Source: Bradymonadia bacterium (GTDB taxonomy: Bacteria; Myxococcota_A; Bradymonadia; UBA7976; UBA1532). Taken from it: DNA of 64,000 nucleotides. The translations under genes were made by a program, and so were the position numbers. The notes under the pieces were generated by a model. It worked only from the letters and a program-made list of their open reading frames with translations. It had not been told where the DNA came from and searched no databases. Below are positions 52,501 to 59,618 of the stretch, one piece after another (position 1 is the first letter of the stretch; every line of letters begins with the position of its first letter). Where the stretch lies: NCBI GenBank assembly GCA_046290225.1, contig JBKAGE010000044.1:34431-98430 (forward strand), given 5' to 3'.

Positions 52501-55500
52501 CGGTGCTGGGGCTACAACGGCTACGGCAACCTCGGACAAGGCGACACCAACACGCGAGGGAACGACGCTGGCGGTCTCGGCGACGAGCTCCAGCCGATCC
52601 GTCTGGGCACCGGCCGCACGGCCACTCAGGTGGCCCTCGGCTGGGGTCACGCCTGTGCCCTGCTCGATGATGGTGGGGTGAAGTGCTGGGGCTACAACGG
52701 CTACGGTCAGCTCGGCACTGGCAACACCACTCAGTACGGTGACGCCTACGTGGAGATGGGCGACAACCTCGCCTATGTGAACCTCGGCGGCGTGGCCGCG
52801 GTGGACATCAGCGCCAACTACAACTCCACCTGCGCCCTGCTCAGCAACGGCGACACCAAGTGCTGGGGTCGCAGCAACGTCGGCCAGCTCGGCCAGGGCA
52901 GCACCAGCACCCGAGGCGACAGCAGCAGCGAGCTGGGCAACAACCTCGCCACCACCGATCTCGGCTCGGGTGTGGTCACCGGCAGCCTCTACGGTGGCTA
53001 CCAGCACAGCTGTGCCCTTTTCGCAGACGGCACCGCCCGATGCTGGGGCCGCAACAGTTATGGTCAGCTCGGCATCATGACCACCGATCATCGCGGCGAT
53101 GCTGCGAACGAGATGGGTGATCGCCTGCCCCTCGCCCGCGTGGATCGTACGCGGGCCATGACCGAGATGGCCCTGGGCACGCACTTCAGTTGTGGTCTGC
53201 TCGCGGACGGCACGGTGAAGTGCTGGGGCCAGAACAACTACGGCCAGCTCGGCTATGGCGACACGCTCACTCGGGCAGAGCTGCGCGGTGGCTTCGGCGA
53301 AGACACCGACATCCTCGATCTGGGCACAGGCCGTACGGCGCAGACCGTCACTCAGGGGCGCTACCACAGCTGCGCCATCCTCGACGATGACACACTGAAG
53401 TGCTGGGGCTACAACGGCTATGGCCAGCTCGGCCAGGGCAACTCGACCCAGATGGGCGATCACTATGGCGAGATGGGCGATGACCTCCCGGCCATCAACC
53501 TCGGCACAGACGAGGCCGGTGACACCCACACCGTGGCTGCGGTCACCGGCGGCGAGTATCACACCTGCGCGCTGCTGGGGAACGACCGGGTGAAGTGCTG
53601 GGGCTACAACAACTATGGCAACCTCGGCCTCGGCTACACCAGCACCCGCGGCACCAGCAGCAGCCACATGGGCGACAACCTCGCCTATCTCGACCTCGGC
53701 ACCGACGGCAACGGAGATCCCCTTGCAGTCTCGGCGATCTCTGCTGGCGCACATCACACCTGCGCCATGTTCGAGAGCGGCGGGGTGAAGTGCTGGGGCC
53801 GCAACAACAACGGTCAGCTCGGCTACGGCGACACCAGCTCCCGTGGGGATCACGCCAACGAGATGGGCGACAGCCTCGCCTATGTCGACCTTGGGGTCGG
53901 CCGCACAGCGCAGATGATCACCACCGGCGACCGTCACAGCTGCGCCATGCTCGACAACAACCAGGTGAAGTGCTGGGGCTACAACCACTATGGCAACCTC
54001 GGCCTCGGCGACAACAACGCCCGCGGTGACGCCGCCAACGAGATGGGCGACGATCTGCCCCCGGTGGATCTCGGCACGGGCCGGGTGGCCCGCTCGGTGA
54101 CGGGTGGCCAGTTCTCCACCTGTGCCATCCTCGACACGGGCGACGTGAAGTGCTGGGGCTATAACAGCTACGGCGATCTCGGCCTCGGCGATACGTCTCA
54201 CCGAGGCGATCATGGGGGTGAGCTCGGCGATAACTTGCCCACTGTGGATCTCGGCACCGACGAGGCGGGCGACCCGCTCACAGCGGCGGTGCTCAGTGCC
54301 AGCATCTACAACGTCTGCGCCCTGCTCAGCGACGACACGGTGAAGTGCTGGGGCCGCAACAATGCCGGTCAGCTCGGTCAGAACGACACCGCCAACCGCG
54401 GGGATCACGCCAACGAGCTCGGCGACAACCTGCCCCCCATCGACTTCGGTGATGGGCTGTCCATCGACCTGTACAATGGTCTGTCGAATGGTCGCCCGGG
54501 CATCGGTTGTGACGACGCAGATCGCGACGGGCTCTGCGACGGGGGCGACAACTGCCCCCTCGTGCCCAACGTCACTCAGTCCGATCTCGATCAGGATGGC
54601 CAGGGCGACGCCTGCGACGCTTGCCCCACCGACGCCCTCAACGACGTGGATGGTGATGGCGTCTGCGGCGACGTGGACAACTGCCCTGTGACGAACAACC
54701 CCTTGCAGATCGACGCCGATCTCGACGGGGCGGGTGACGCCTGTGACCTGTGCGCCTACGACTTCTACGATGACATCGACAACGATGGCATCTGCGGCGA
54801 CGTGGACAACTGCCCCACGGTCATCAACCCGGATCAGGTCGACGACAACGGCGACGGCTATGGCGACGCCTGCGTGAGCCCCACGGCGGACATCGGCGAC
54901 GACGTGCGCATCGAGGGTGACGTGGTCCTGGGCCCCAACGCCGTCATCGGCGACGAGTCGATCATCCAGAACGGCGCCAACGTCGGCGGCATCCTCGGCC
55001 GCAAGAACTTCATCGGTGAGAATGCCATCGTACCCGAAGGCTGCGTGCTGGCCGATCTGGTGTACATCGGTGCGAACACAGTGCTCGAGGCGCCCTGCAA
55101 CATCGGTGAGCTGACCCGCATCGAGGCCAACAGCCACGTCTCGAGCGACGCGGTCATCGGCGCCCGGAACGCCATCGGCTCAGGCACCACCATCCACCCC
55201 AGGGTGCAGACCTCTGGCGGCGTGATCATCGGTGCTGACTCCACCATCGGCGCTGACACCGTCTTGGGGACCAACGCCGCCTTCGGCGCTCGGGCCAACA
55301 TCGGTGAGGACACCACCGTCGAGTCCAACGTGATCGTCGGCGACGATGTGCAGACCGGCACGGGGGTGAGCCTGCTGGCCAACGCAGTCATGGGTCATCG
55401 TGTCACCCTCGCCGACGCAGTGGTGGTCTCCACCTATGCCCGGGTGAGCGACGATGTCTCTGTCGGTGCCCGCAGCCGCCTCGCAAGCGGCTCCGTCGTC

Positions 55501-56130
55501 GGCGCGAGCTCCACCATCGGGGCCGACTCCGAGGTCCGCGGTGCTGTGGGCGACTCGGTGCAGCTGGGCAACAACGTCTTCATAGGGAACCAGAGCAGCG
55601 TCGGTGATCTGAGCACCCTCGACGACGGCGTCACACTGGGGATCTTCGTGCAGATCGACGTGCAGAACCACCTGCGGGCCAACGTGACGGTCTACGACAA
55701 GGTCACCATCGGCCCCGACGGCGACCTCGGTGCCAACACCCTGGTGCTCTTCTTTGCGGAGATCGGCGCCCGGGCCCAGGTGGGCGCCGAGGGCCTCATC
55801 GACGAAGCCAATGTCATCGGCGACGACTTCACCATGGGCACCAACAGCCGCATCTGGCCTCGGGGGCAGCTGGGCAACAACGTCACCTTCGGCGACGGTG
55901 TGCTGGTGCGGGATCACAGCAACATCGGCGACGATGTCACGCTGGAAGACGGCGTCATCGCCTACCCCTACACCACCATCGGTGCTCAGACGACGGTCCG
56001 GGCGGGGGTGGGCCTCGGGGTGGCGATTTGCGCCACTCAGCGATGTGGTGAGGTCACCCTCGGGGGCTGCCTCGACATCGACTCGGACGTCGACGTCGGC
56101 GTGGAGATGGCCGACGCCTGCAACCCCTGA
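40543..56130 (+). CDS. Giant secreted RCC1-repeat protein (77 blades) with thrombospondin type-3 repeats and a C-terminal left-handed beta-helix
   Basis: Signal peptide; 77 C-W/F-G.N..G.LG repeats by manual count; DNCP/GDACD repeats at 54508-54873; hexapeptide I/V-G repeats at 54874-56130. Confidence 0.95.
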   Translation: MRNLHLLALSSLGLGLAITALPTAASAEHRCAVLSDGSVKCWGNNGNGQLGQGDTSNRGIYAPETYGALPGISLDGQATAISTGGDHACAVLDDGSVKCWGLNNYGQLGQGDTSYRGDHANEMGANLAPISLGAGAAAVDVTGGAQHTCATRADGSVKCWGRNDYGQLGLGHTTRTGDHANEMGDNLAHIDFGDGRSAVSVFSSAESDFSCAILNDGAVKCWGYNSNGQLGQGDTQNRGWRPPEMGGDLTAIDLDGDATQVSTGEHHVCALLDDGSVKCWGRNNYGQLGQSDTAQRGDHANEMGAALDGVDLGTNRTATDVATGAQHNCVLLDDNSIKCWGRNDYGQLGLGHTTRLGDHANEMGDNLGTVNLGTGYTAADVDANNQTACAILNNGDVKCWGYNANGQLGQGDTHNRGNIAPEMGGDLPDTVPDGSQAVAQADAGLFSMCARLADGSVRCWGRNNYGQLGYGDTTQRGDHAGEMSGLGNVDLGTGRTATDITSADYHACAVLDHGGIKCWGRNDYGQLGIGSTTRLGDHANEMGDNLPTINLGTGYTAADVVSNGNTSCAILNTGEVKCWGYNSNGQLGQGDTHNRGIIPPEMGGDLPDVEITPGLETTQLSGGDNYTCALLEDGTVKCWGRNNYGQLGYGDTTQRGDHAGEMSGLNPVDLGTGALASALGNGGQHSCALLNNGSIKCWGRNDYGQLGIGSTTRLGDHANEMGDNLPTINLGTGYTAAAIASGNQSNCAILNNGDVKCWGYNANGQLGQGDTHNRGNTPEEMGGQLTDIDVGTGLTLLKAAGGLHHTCGLTAGGEVKCWGRNSNGALGLGDTSHRGDHANEMGDALDPVDLGTGLTATDIATGNYHGCAVLNTGDVKCWGYNGLGQLGIGNTTNQGDHLNELGDNQPTVNLGTGYTATSIDAQEDTSCALLNDGSVKCWGSNSYGQLGQGDSINRGTISPEMGGELPDVALGTNLALTKAVAGQDHTCGLTEDGEIKCWGRNTHGVLGLGDTSHRGDHANEMGDALDPVDLGTGRTATDVATGGYHGCAILDTGDVKCWGYNGLGNLGIGNTTNQGDHLNELGDNLPAVNLGTGYTATSIDAKESTTCAILNTGDVKCWGSNSNGQLGQGDTLSRGTVTEEMGGKLPDVVLGTNVALTKAVAGQDHTCGLTEDGEIKCWGRNTHGVLGLGDTSHRGDHPNEMGDALDPVDLGTGRTATDVATGGYHGCAILDTGDVKCWGYNGLGNLGIGNTTNQGDHPNELGDNQPVVNLGTGYTATSIDAKESTTCAILNDGSVKCWGANDYGQLGQGDTLSRGTIASEMGGALPDVALGTNVALTKAVAGQDHTCGLTEDGEIKCWGRNTHGVLGLGDTSHRGDHANEMGDALDPVDLGTGRTATDVATGGYHGCAILDTGDVKCWGYNGLGNLGIGNTTNQGDHLNELGDNLPAVNLGTGYTATSIDAKESTTCAILNTGDVKCWGSNSNGQLGQGDAISRGTITPEMGGALSNIDLGPGLTVTKAVSGTGHTCAQLSDGVDTGIVKCWGRNSYGNLGLGDTAHRGDHANEMGAPLPAVDLGTGRSASDLISGAHHTCAVLDDDTLKCWGLNANGQLGQGDTTYRGDHANEMGDNLTTIDLGTQGTLASAAAGGSTSCALLSNGDVKCWGYNGYGNLGQDDTLDRGTIAPEMGRDLLDVDLNGAVTALATGQDFACALLQSGQVQCWGRNNYGQLGLGDTSHRGDHANEMGVALPTVDLGTGRSAQQIAAGDFHTCAILDDGTLKCWGLNNYGQLGQGDTTYRGDHANEMGDNLSAIDLGAGRSAVAVTVGASHTCALLDDDTVKCWGYNGYGNLGYGDTASRGDAANEMGDNLAAIDLGDGAQAISASTHHTCALLNSGAVKCWGRNNNGQLGVGNTTQYGDGANEMGANLPAVNLGTGLTAQQITTGLHYTCALLSDDNVKCWGRNNYGQLGVGHTSARGTSGGHMGDNLAYVDLGAGATVSDISATHDHTCATLTNGDVKCWGYNANGQLGVLSTDNRGDAANEMGDLLPAARVAPGLNLTSASAGGRFSCGITQAGAVKCWGYNGYGNLGYGDTTQRGDVTGGLGDDTPPILLGQAATQLSVGQHHTCALLDDGSAKCWGRNNYGQLGVGNTTQYGDSRGEMASLPTISVGTGRTVAEIGVGHHHTCALLDNGGVKCWGRNDFGQLGVSHSSARGSSSSHMGDNLAYVDLGTGRTATDIEVGNHHTCAVLDNGRTKCWGYNNNGQLGVLSTDNRGDAANEMGDLLPEVSLLYTQGVSQVTTGDLHSCAVFSGGQMQCWGYNGYGQLGQNDTTQRGDVTGGLGDDTPPILLGQAATQVSVGTYHACAVLADGSAKCWGYNGYGNLGVGNTTQYGDSRGEMAALPTINLGAGRTVTEIDLGHHHTCALLDNGGVKCWGRNDFGQLGVGHTSTRGSSNSHMGDNLAYVDLGTGRTAVDIEVGGHHACATLDNGRTKCWGRNSNGQLGVLSTDNRGDAANEMGDLLPEVNLLYTRNVIQSVSGINHSCAVFADGQIQCWGYNGYGQLGQNNTTQLGDVTGGMGDDTPPILLGQAATQVSVGTYHACAVLADGSAKCWGYNGYGNLGTGNTTQYGDSRGEMAALPTINLGAGLTVAEIGAGHHHTCALLNNGGVKCWGRNDFGQLGQGNTSTRGDSISEMGDNLAYVDLGTGRTAVDIEVGGHHACATLDNGRTKCWGRNNHGQLGVLSTDNRGDAANEMGDLLPEVNLLYTRNVIQSVSGINHSCAVFADGQIQCWGYNGYGQLGQEDTQARGDVTGGMGDDTPPILLGQAATQVSVGTYHACAVLADGSAKCWGYNGYGNLGTGNTTQYGDSRGEMAALPTINLGAGLTVSEIGAGVHHTCALLNNGGVKCWGRNDYGQLGVSHSSTRGSSSSHMGDNLAYVDLGTGRTATDIEVGGHHACATLDNGRTKCWGRNNHGQLGVLSTDNRGDAANEMGDLLPEVNLLYTRNVIQSVSGINHSCAVFDDGQIQCWGYNGYGQLGQSDTQTRGDVTGGMGDDTPPILLGQAATQVSVGNYHVCAVLADGSAKCWGYNGYGNLGVGNTTQYGDSRGEMAALPTINLGAGRTVSEIGTGIHHTCALLDNGGVKCWGRNNYGQLGQGNTSQRGDSISEMGDNLAYVDLGAGRTATDIEVGGHHACAVLDNGRTKCWGRNNTGQLGVLGTDNRGDAANEMGDLLPEVNLLYTRNVTHTITGTNHSCALFTDGQMQCWGYNGYGQLGTESTTQIGDVTGGMGDDTAPVILGQAATQVSVGDHHTCAVLADGSAKCWGYNGYGQLGQGNSTQYGDNPGEMASLTPISLGAGRTVTQIGAGQYHTCALLDNGRVKCFGYNNVGQLGYGYTSNRGTSHSHLGDNLAYVDLGNDANGDPLLATQISVVNDHSCARLSTGRVKCWGRNSNGQLGVLSTAHRGDNSNEMGDLLPEVSLLYDRPVAAVTAFGHQACALLADGAVQCWGYNGYGQLGYDDTQRRGDVTGGIGDDTPPIFLGTGRTATQVSVGALHACAVLDDQTLKCWGYNGYGQLGLGNTTQYGDNPGEMVSLNTVNLGTQGFPVQVGTGDNHSCARLNTGRIKCWGRNNYGQLGQGNTSQRGDSISEMGDNLAFTDLGTDGNGDPLTATHLDVGPNHACATLTTGRIKCWGRNNTGQLGVQATDSRGDSANEMGNLLPEVNLLTDRAAVSTLAGGNYTCAHLEDGALKCWGYNGYGNLGLENTVQRGDATGGMGDDTAPIILGQAATQVSVGDHHTCAVLADGSAKCWGYNGYGQLGQGNSTQYGDNPGEMANLSAINLGAGRTVTQIGAGQYHTCALLDNGRVKCFGYNNVGQLGYGYTSNRGTSSSHMGDNLAYVDLGNDALGDPLTALSIDVDYDHTCAQLANDTVRCWGRNSNGQLGALDTAHRGDNSNEMGDNLRPTQIPAGVAALSMGGSSSCALYADGAVRCWGYNGYGNLGQGDTNTRGNDAGGLGDELQPIRLGTGRTATQVALGWGHACALLDDGGVKCWGYNGYGQLGTGNTTQYGDAYVEMGDNLAYVNLGGVAAVDISANYNSTCALLSNGDTKCWGRSNVGQLGQGSTSTRGDSSSELGNNLATTDLGSGVVTGSLYGGYQHSCALFADGTARCWGRNSYGQLGIMTTDHRGDAANEMGDRLPLARVDRTRAMTEMALGTHFSCGLLADGTVKCWGQNNYGQLGYGDTLTRAELRGGFGEDTDILDLGTGRTAQTVTQGRYHSCAILDDDTLKCWGYNGYGQLGQGNSTQMGDHYGEMGDDLPAINLGTDEAGDTHTVAAVTGGEYHTCALLGNDRVKCWGYNNYGNLGLGYTSTRGTSSSHMGDNLAYLDLGTDGNGDPLAVSAISAGAHHTCAMFESGGVKCWGRNNNGQLGYGDTSSRGDHANEMGDSLAYVDLGVGRTAQMITTGDRHSCAMLDNNQVKCWGYNHYGNLGLGDNNARGDAANEMGDDLPPVDLGTGRVARSVTGGQFSTCAILDTGDVKCWGYNSYGDLGLGDTSHRGDHGGELGDNLPTVDLGTDEAGDPLTAAVLSASIYNVCALLSDDTVKCWGRNNAGQLGQNDTANRGDHANELGDNLPPIDFGDGLSIDLYNGLSNGRPGIGCDDADRDGLCDGGDNCPLVPNVTQSDLDQDGQGDACDACPTDALNDVDGDGVCGDVDNCPVTNNPLQIDADLDGAGDACDLCAYDFYDDIDNDGICGDVDNCPTVINPDQVDDNGDGYGDACVSPTADIGDDVRIEGDVVLGPNAVIGDESIIQNGANVGGILGRKNFIGENAIVPEGCVLADLVYIGANTVLEAPCNIGELTRIEANSHVSSDAVIGARNAIGSGTTIHPRVQTSGGVIIGADSTIGADTVLGTNAAFGARANIGEDTTVESNVIVGDDVQTGTGVSLLANAVMGHRVTLADAVVVSTYARVSDDVSVGARSRLASGSVVGASSTIGADSEVRGAVGDSVQLGNNVFIGNQSSVGDLSTLDDGVTLGIFVQIDVQNHLRANVTVYDKVTIGPDGDLGANTLVLFFAEIGARAQVGAEGLIDEANVIGDDFTMGTNSRIWPRGQLGNNVTFGDGVLVRDHSNIGDDVTLEDGVIAYPYTTIGAQTTVRAGVGLGVAICATQRCGEVTLGGCLDIDSDVDVGVEMADACNP
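43441..45060 (+). repeat. Three near-identical 540-bp (3-blade) units
   Basis: GGATCACACCTGCGG recurs at 43491, 44031 and 44571. Confidence 0.92.
47540..49690 (+). repeat. Three near-identical 711-bp (4-blade) units
   Basis: ACGCGGAACGTGATTCAGTC recurs at 48121, 48832 and 49543. Confidence 0.92.
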
Positions 56131-56285
56131 GCAGGCTGACTTACCCTCGAAATCCACCCACCGAAAAACCCCACCTCGAGCCCCGCGTTCTGCTTGCTGG
56201 CCCGACCCTCAAATGGTACGCGTCTCCAGGGCTGGTCCACGCTGACCACCTGCACTTTTCACGTACTGATTCGAGGAGTCCCCAC

Positions 56286-56729
56286 ATGGGTCTGCTGTCT
56301 CGCCTGACCGCCAAGGCTACCCCCGCCCGCCAAATGTCCGACGACGCGCTGCTGCTGCACGCCATGCTGCTCATGTGCGGGGCCGACGGCGCCTTCGACG
56401 ACGAAGAGATCGCCACCGTCGAGGCCTACTTTGCGCAGCTGCCCGAGTTCCGCGGCAAGCACTTCAACGAGGTCTACAACGAGGCCATCAAGATCCTGCG
56501 CAAGTACCCTGATCTCGCAGCCTCGGTGCAGTCCCTCGCCAACCTCTCCACTCAGGGCCTCAAGAAGAAGTGCTATGTGCTCGCCGCCGACATTGCCATG
56601 TCTTCGGGTGACGTGGACGAGAACGAGGACGCCATGCTCGAGTCGATGCAGCGTGTGATGCAGATCGACGACGGCTTCGCCACCAAGGCCCTCGAGATCC
56701 TCGCGGTGAAGTACCAGCCCGCAGAGTAG
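56286..56729 (+). CDS. TerB-family protein
   Basis: ADGAFDDEE and SSGDVDENE motifs; RBS GAGGAG. Confidence 0.88.
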   Translation: MGLLSRLTAKATPARQMSDDALLLHAMLLMCGADGAFDDEEIATVEAYFAQLPEFRGKHFNEVYNEAIKILRKYPDLAASVQSLANLSTQGLKKKCYVLAADIAMSSGDVDENEDAMLESMQRVMQIDDGFATKALEILAVKYQPAE

Positions 56730-56782
56730 TCTGCCTCTTGCCGGGGGTGCGGTGCCCCCGGCGCCCTTCTCAAGGCCCCACC

Positions 56783-58096
56783 ATGAAGCTCGTCCCCCTC
56801 GTCCGCACTGTGTGTCAGCGGGATCGCACCGCTCGGCCTCAACCCGATCTGCACGATCACGATGCATTCGAGCGCTGGCTCAACGGCACCCTCGAGCGGC
56901 GGGGCCACGCCTTTGGTATGCCCGAAGACATTCTCGGGATCCTCGGCGAGAACGGCGACAACGTCGCCTACAACATCTACACCCTGCAAAACGCCACCGC
57001 CCACATGCTCGACCTCGGCGCCGCGGTGCTCACTGCCCCGGGGCTCTCGATGGAGAGCGAAGAAATCCCTCGTCGGCTCGTGCTGGTGATTGCGCTGTGG
57101 CTCGACGAGGCCGGCTGGATCGAAGAGGCCACCCACCTCGTCGATGCAGAGCCCGATCAAGACATGTCCAAGCTGGTCACTCAGCTGGGCAGTCAGCTGG
57201 GCGCCGCCCTCGCTGATCGAGCGCTCCCTGCAGGGCACCCGTTGCTGGGTCACCCGTTCCATCAGATGTTGCTCTTCAACGACGCCCGGGCCTTCGCCCG
57301 CATCGCCCGCATCACGGCCCTGGCCACCGAGCGTCTAGGTGGTATGCCCGAGCAGGCAGAGGTCATGCGGGCCCTGGGCATCGCCCGCAGTGACCTGCAT
57401 CACGCCTTGTCGGCGTGTGTGGCCCTCACCGCCGCCGACGGGGTCATCGAGCCTCGAGAGCGACGCCTCATCGAGGCGCTCTCTGAAGCCTCTCGCCTCT
57501 CGGAAGAGGAGCAGGCCATGATGGAGTGGGAGTTCGACCACCCCGTCTCCCCGGCCCAGCTCGGCGAAGACGTCACCGATCCAGCCTGGCGGCGGGCGAT
57601 CCTCCGCTTGCTCTGTCTCGCTGCTGGCGTAGACGGTGAGGTCGCACCTCCAGAGCAGCTGTACCTCGAAGCCCTCGCCGAAGCCTTCGAGACCTCTGCA
57701 GAGGCACTGAGCGTCTACGAGGTCGAGGCCCTGATCCATCTACAACAACATGCTCGCCTCGACGAAGCCTTCACCCTCGCTGGCCGCCTGAGCCGGCTCA
57801 GGCTTCGGCTCTCCGATCGAATCGAAGATGTCATCCGAGAAAACTCGACCAGGCTCTGGTCGGAGATCAAGCAAACCAGCGAGCTGGGCCAGCTGCTCGC
57901 CAAAGCCAGCGTCGAGAACCTCACCGAGGCCGAGCGCGCTCAAGCGCAAAGACAACTGCTCGATCTCTGCCGCGCTGTGCCTGCCCTGGCCATCTTCGCC
58001 GCCCCTGGCGGCGCGATTCTCCTGCCCCTGCTCGTGAAGCATCTGCCATTTCAGATCGTACCGAGCAGCTTCGCCGATGAAGAGCAGACTCTGTAG
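56783..58096 (+). CDS. TerB-like domain plus LETM1-like C-terminal domain
   Basis: ADGVIEPRE and VDGEVAPPE; C-terminal QLLDLCRAVPALAIFAAPGGAILLP...PSSF. Confidence 0.78.
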   Translation: MKLVPLVRTVCQRDRTARPQPDLHDHDAFERWLNGTLERRGHAFGMPEDILGILGENGDNVAYNIYTLQNATAHMLDLGAAVLTAPGLSMESEEIPRRLVLVIALWLDEAGWIEEATHLVDAEPDQDMSKLVTQLGSQLGAALADRALPAGHPLLGHPFHQMLLFNDARAFARIARITALATERLGGMPEQAEVMRALGIARSDLHHALSACVALTAADGVIEPRERRLIEALSEASRLSEEEQAMMEWEFDHPVSPAQLGEDVTDPAWRRAILRLLCLAAGVDGEVAPPEQLYLEALAEAFETSAEALSVYEVEALIHLQQHARLDEAFTLAGRLSRLRLRLSDRIEDVIRENSTRLWSEIKQTSELGQLLAKASVENLTEAERAQAQRQLLDLCRAVPALAIFAAPGGAILLPLLVKHLPFQIVPSSFADEEQTL

Positions 58097-58286
58097 GATG
58101 AATCACTCTGCCTGGTGATGGGGTCGTCACTTCACACCCTGCCTGCTCGACACATCCCACACAGATTTCTCAAATCTCGATGCAACCAGCGGCGGTCTCA
58201 AACCACCTGATTTATGTCATCGCTTTTTTTGAGTGCTTGACAGCGTGGCCGCTCAGGTCGAACGCTGATTACACCGTTGTGGAGTT

Positions 58287-59618
58287 ATGCCCATGCCTTT
58301 CCCAGACACACAACACACCTTCCGATGGTTTGGTGTGTTGGCATGTGCTCTGGGGATGATGGCCTGTGTCGATCGAGGTCATCGGGCGCTGGATCCGGAT
58401 CAGATAGACGAGTCGGCTGTCATCGGTGCATGCCTGCAAATCGCCCCTGAAGTCCTGGATTTTGGCAGTGTGCCCCATGGCGAGCGGCTGACCCTAACCG
58501 TGACCTTGCAAGGGTGCGGTGAACACACCCCCACGATCCTCGACATCAACGTCTCTGGAGGTGATCTGTTCAGCCTCGCCGCTGATGCCAAGGGCGACAT
58601 GGTGGGCAGCCCCGTCATCGGTGAGCGCACTTTCGACGTGACCTTCCATGCCGCGACGCCCGGCAGCTACGAGGCGCAGCTCAACATCCGCACCAATCAC
58701 GACGAGCACGGGATGTACACCATACCTATGCTCGCCATCGCCGGCCGCCCCGATTGCCCGACCCCAGTCATCGCTCCCCTGCCCGCCAAGGCGCCTCCCT
58801 TGGAGATTCTGACCCTCGATGGCACTGAATCTGTGGGGGATGATCGCTCGGTGGTCCGGTGGTCGTGGGCTGTGGTGGAGCGCCCGGAAAACTCTTCGGC
58901 TCAGGTGGTGGAACGCTACGCAGATTTTGATCGTCCCGCTGATGGTGGCAATGCAGATGATCAGGCCACACCCACAGCCCGCTTCTTTCTCGACGTCGCT
59001 GGCCGATACACCTTCGAGCTGACCGTCACCGACAGCGAGGGCCTGAGGAGCCCTTCGGCAGAGTGTCCTGTGACTGCCCGGGCCGAGGTGGAGGTGGTGC
59101 CCACCGCCGATCTGCACTTGCAGATGACGTGGCACACGCCCCTCGACGACGACGAGACCGATGATGATGGTACTGATGTCGATCTCTACCTGCTGCACCC
59201 ACACGCTGAGGGTGAATGGCGTGCCCACACGTATGCTTGCTACTACCATCAGCCCAGCCCTGTATGGGGTGGTCCTGAAGCAGATGATGATCCCACCCTG
59301 GACATCGATGACGTGAACGGCGCAGGCCCCGAAAACATCAACCTTGCTCAGCCTGAGTTCACAGACCCCCTCGGTGCACCCTATCAAGTGGGTGTGCACT
59401 ACTACCGCTCCGGCTCCCGTGACCGCACCAGCACCTATGGAGCCAGCGAGGCGAGGCTCAAAATCTACATCGCCGGCGCCCTCGTCTGGGACGCCGAGGC
59501 CAGACTCCGACGCACCGATGACTTCTGGGACGCCGCTCGGGTGCACTGGGATGACGACGGCGGCCGGGTCGAGGTGATCGATCGTGTCTACGATCGCCTC
59601 GACAACATCATGCCCTGA
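58287..59618 (+). CDS. Lipoprotein with Ig-like (ASH), PKD-like and YfaP/DUF2135-like domains
   Basis: MMAC lipobox; PEVLDFG, LDGTES..WSW..GRYTFELTVTD, DVDLY..LDIDDVNGAGPENI..VHYY motifs. Confidence 0.8.
   Translation: MPMPFPDTQHTFRWFGVLACALGMMACVDRGHRALDPDQIDESAVIGACLQIAPEVLDFGSVPHGERLTLTVTLQGCGEHTPTILDINVSGGDLFSLAADAKGDMVGSPVIGERTFDVTFHAATPGSYEAQLNIRTNHDEHGMYTIPMLAIAGRPDCPTPVIAPLPAKAPPLEILTLDGTESVGDDRSVVRWSWAVVERPENSSAQVVERYADFDRPADGGNADDQATPTARFFLDVAGRYTFELTVTDSEGLRSPSAECPVTARAEVEVVPTADLHLQMTWHTPLDDDETDDDGTDVDLYLLHPHAEGEWRAHTYACYYHQPSPVWGGPEADDDPTLDIDDVNGAGPENINLAQPEFTDPLGAPYQVGVHYYRSGSRDRTSTYGASEARLKIYIAGALVWDAEARLRRTDDFWDAARVHWDDDGGRVEVIDRVYDRLDNIMP

Noticed and set aside
40663..54480. 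Roughly 37 RGD tripeptides as integrin-binding motifs
   Set aside because: They sit at a fixed structural position of the repeat and are freely replaced (LGD, QGD, YGD, RGT); no evidence of an animal host.
40663..54480. Repeats as a CRISPR array or DGR template/variable pair
   Set aside because: They are in-frame coding repeats with synonymous variation; no spacers, cas genes, reverse transcriptase or obvious adenine-specific variation.
40882..56157. Long antisense ORFs within the giant gene (e.g. 51664-55137, 43036-45225)
   Set aside because: Shadow frames caused by strong GC3 codon bias; the sense frame has clear domains.
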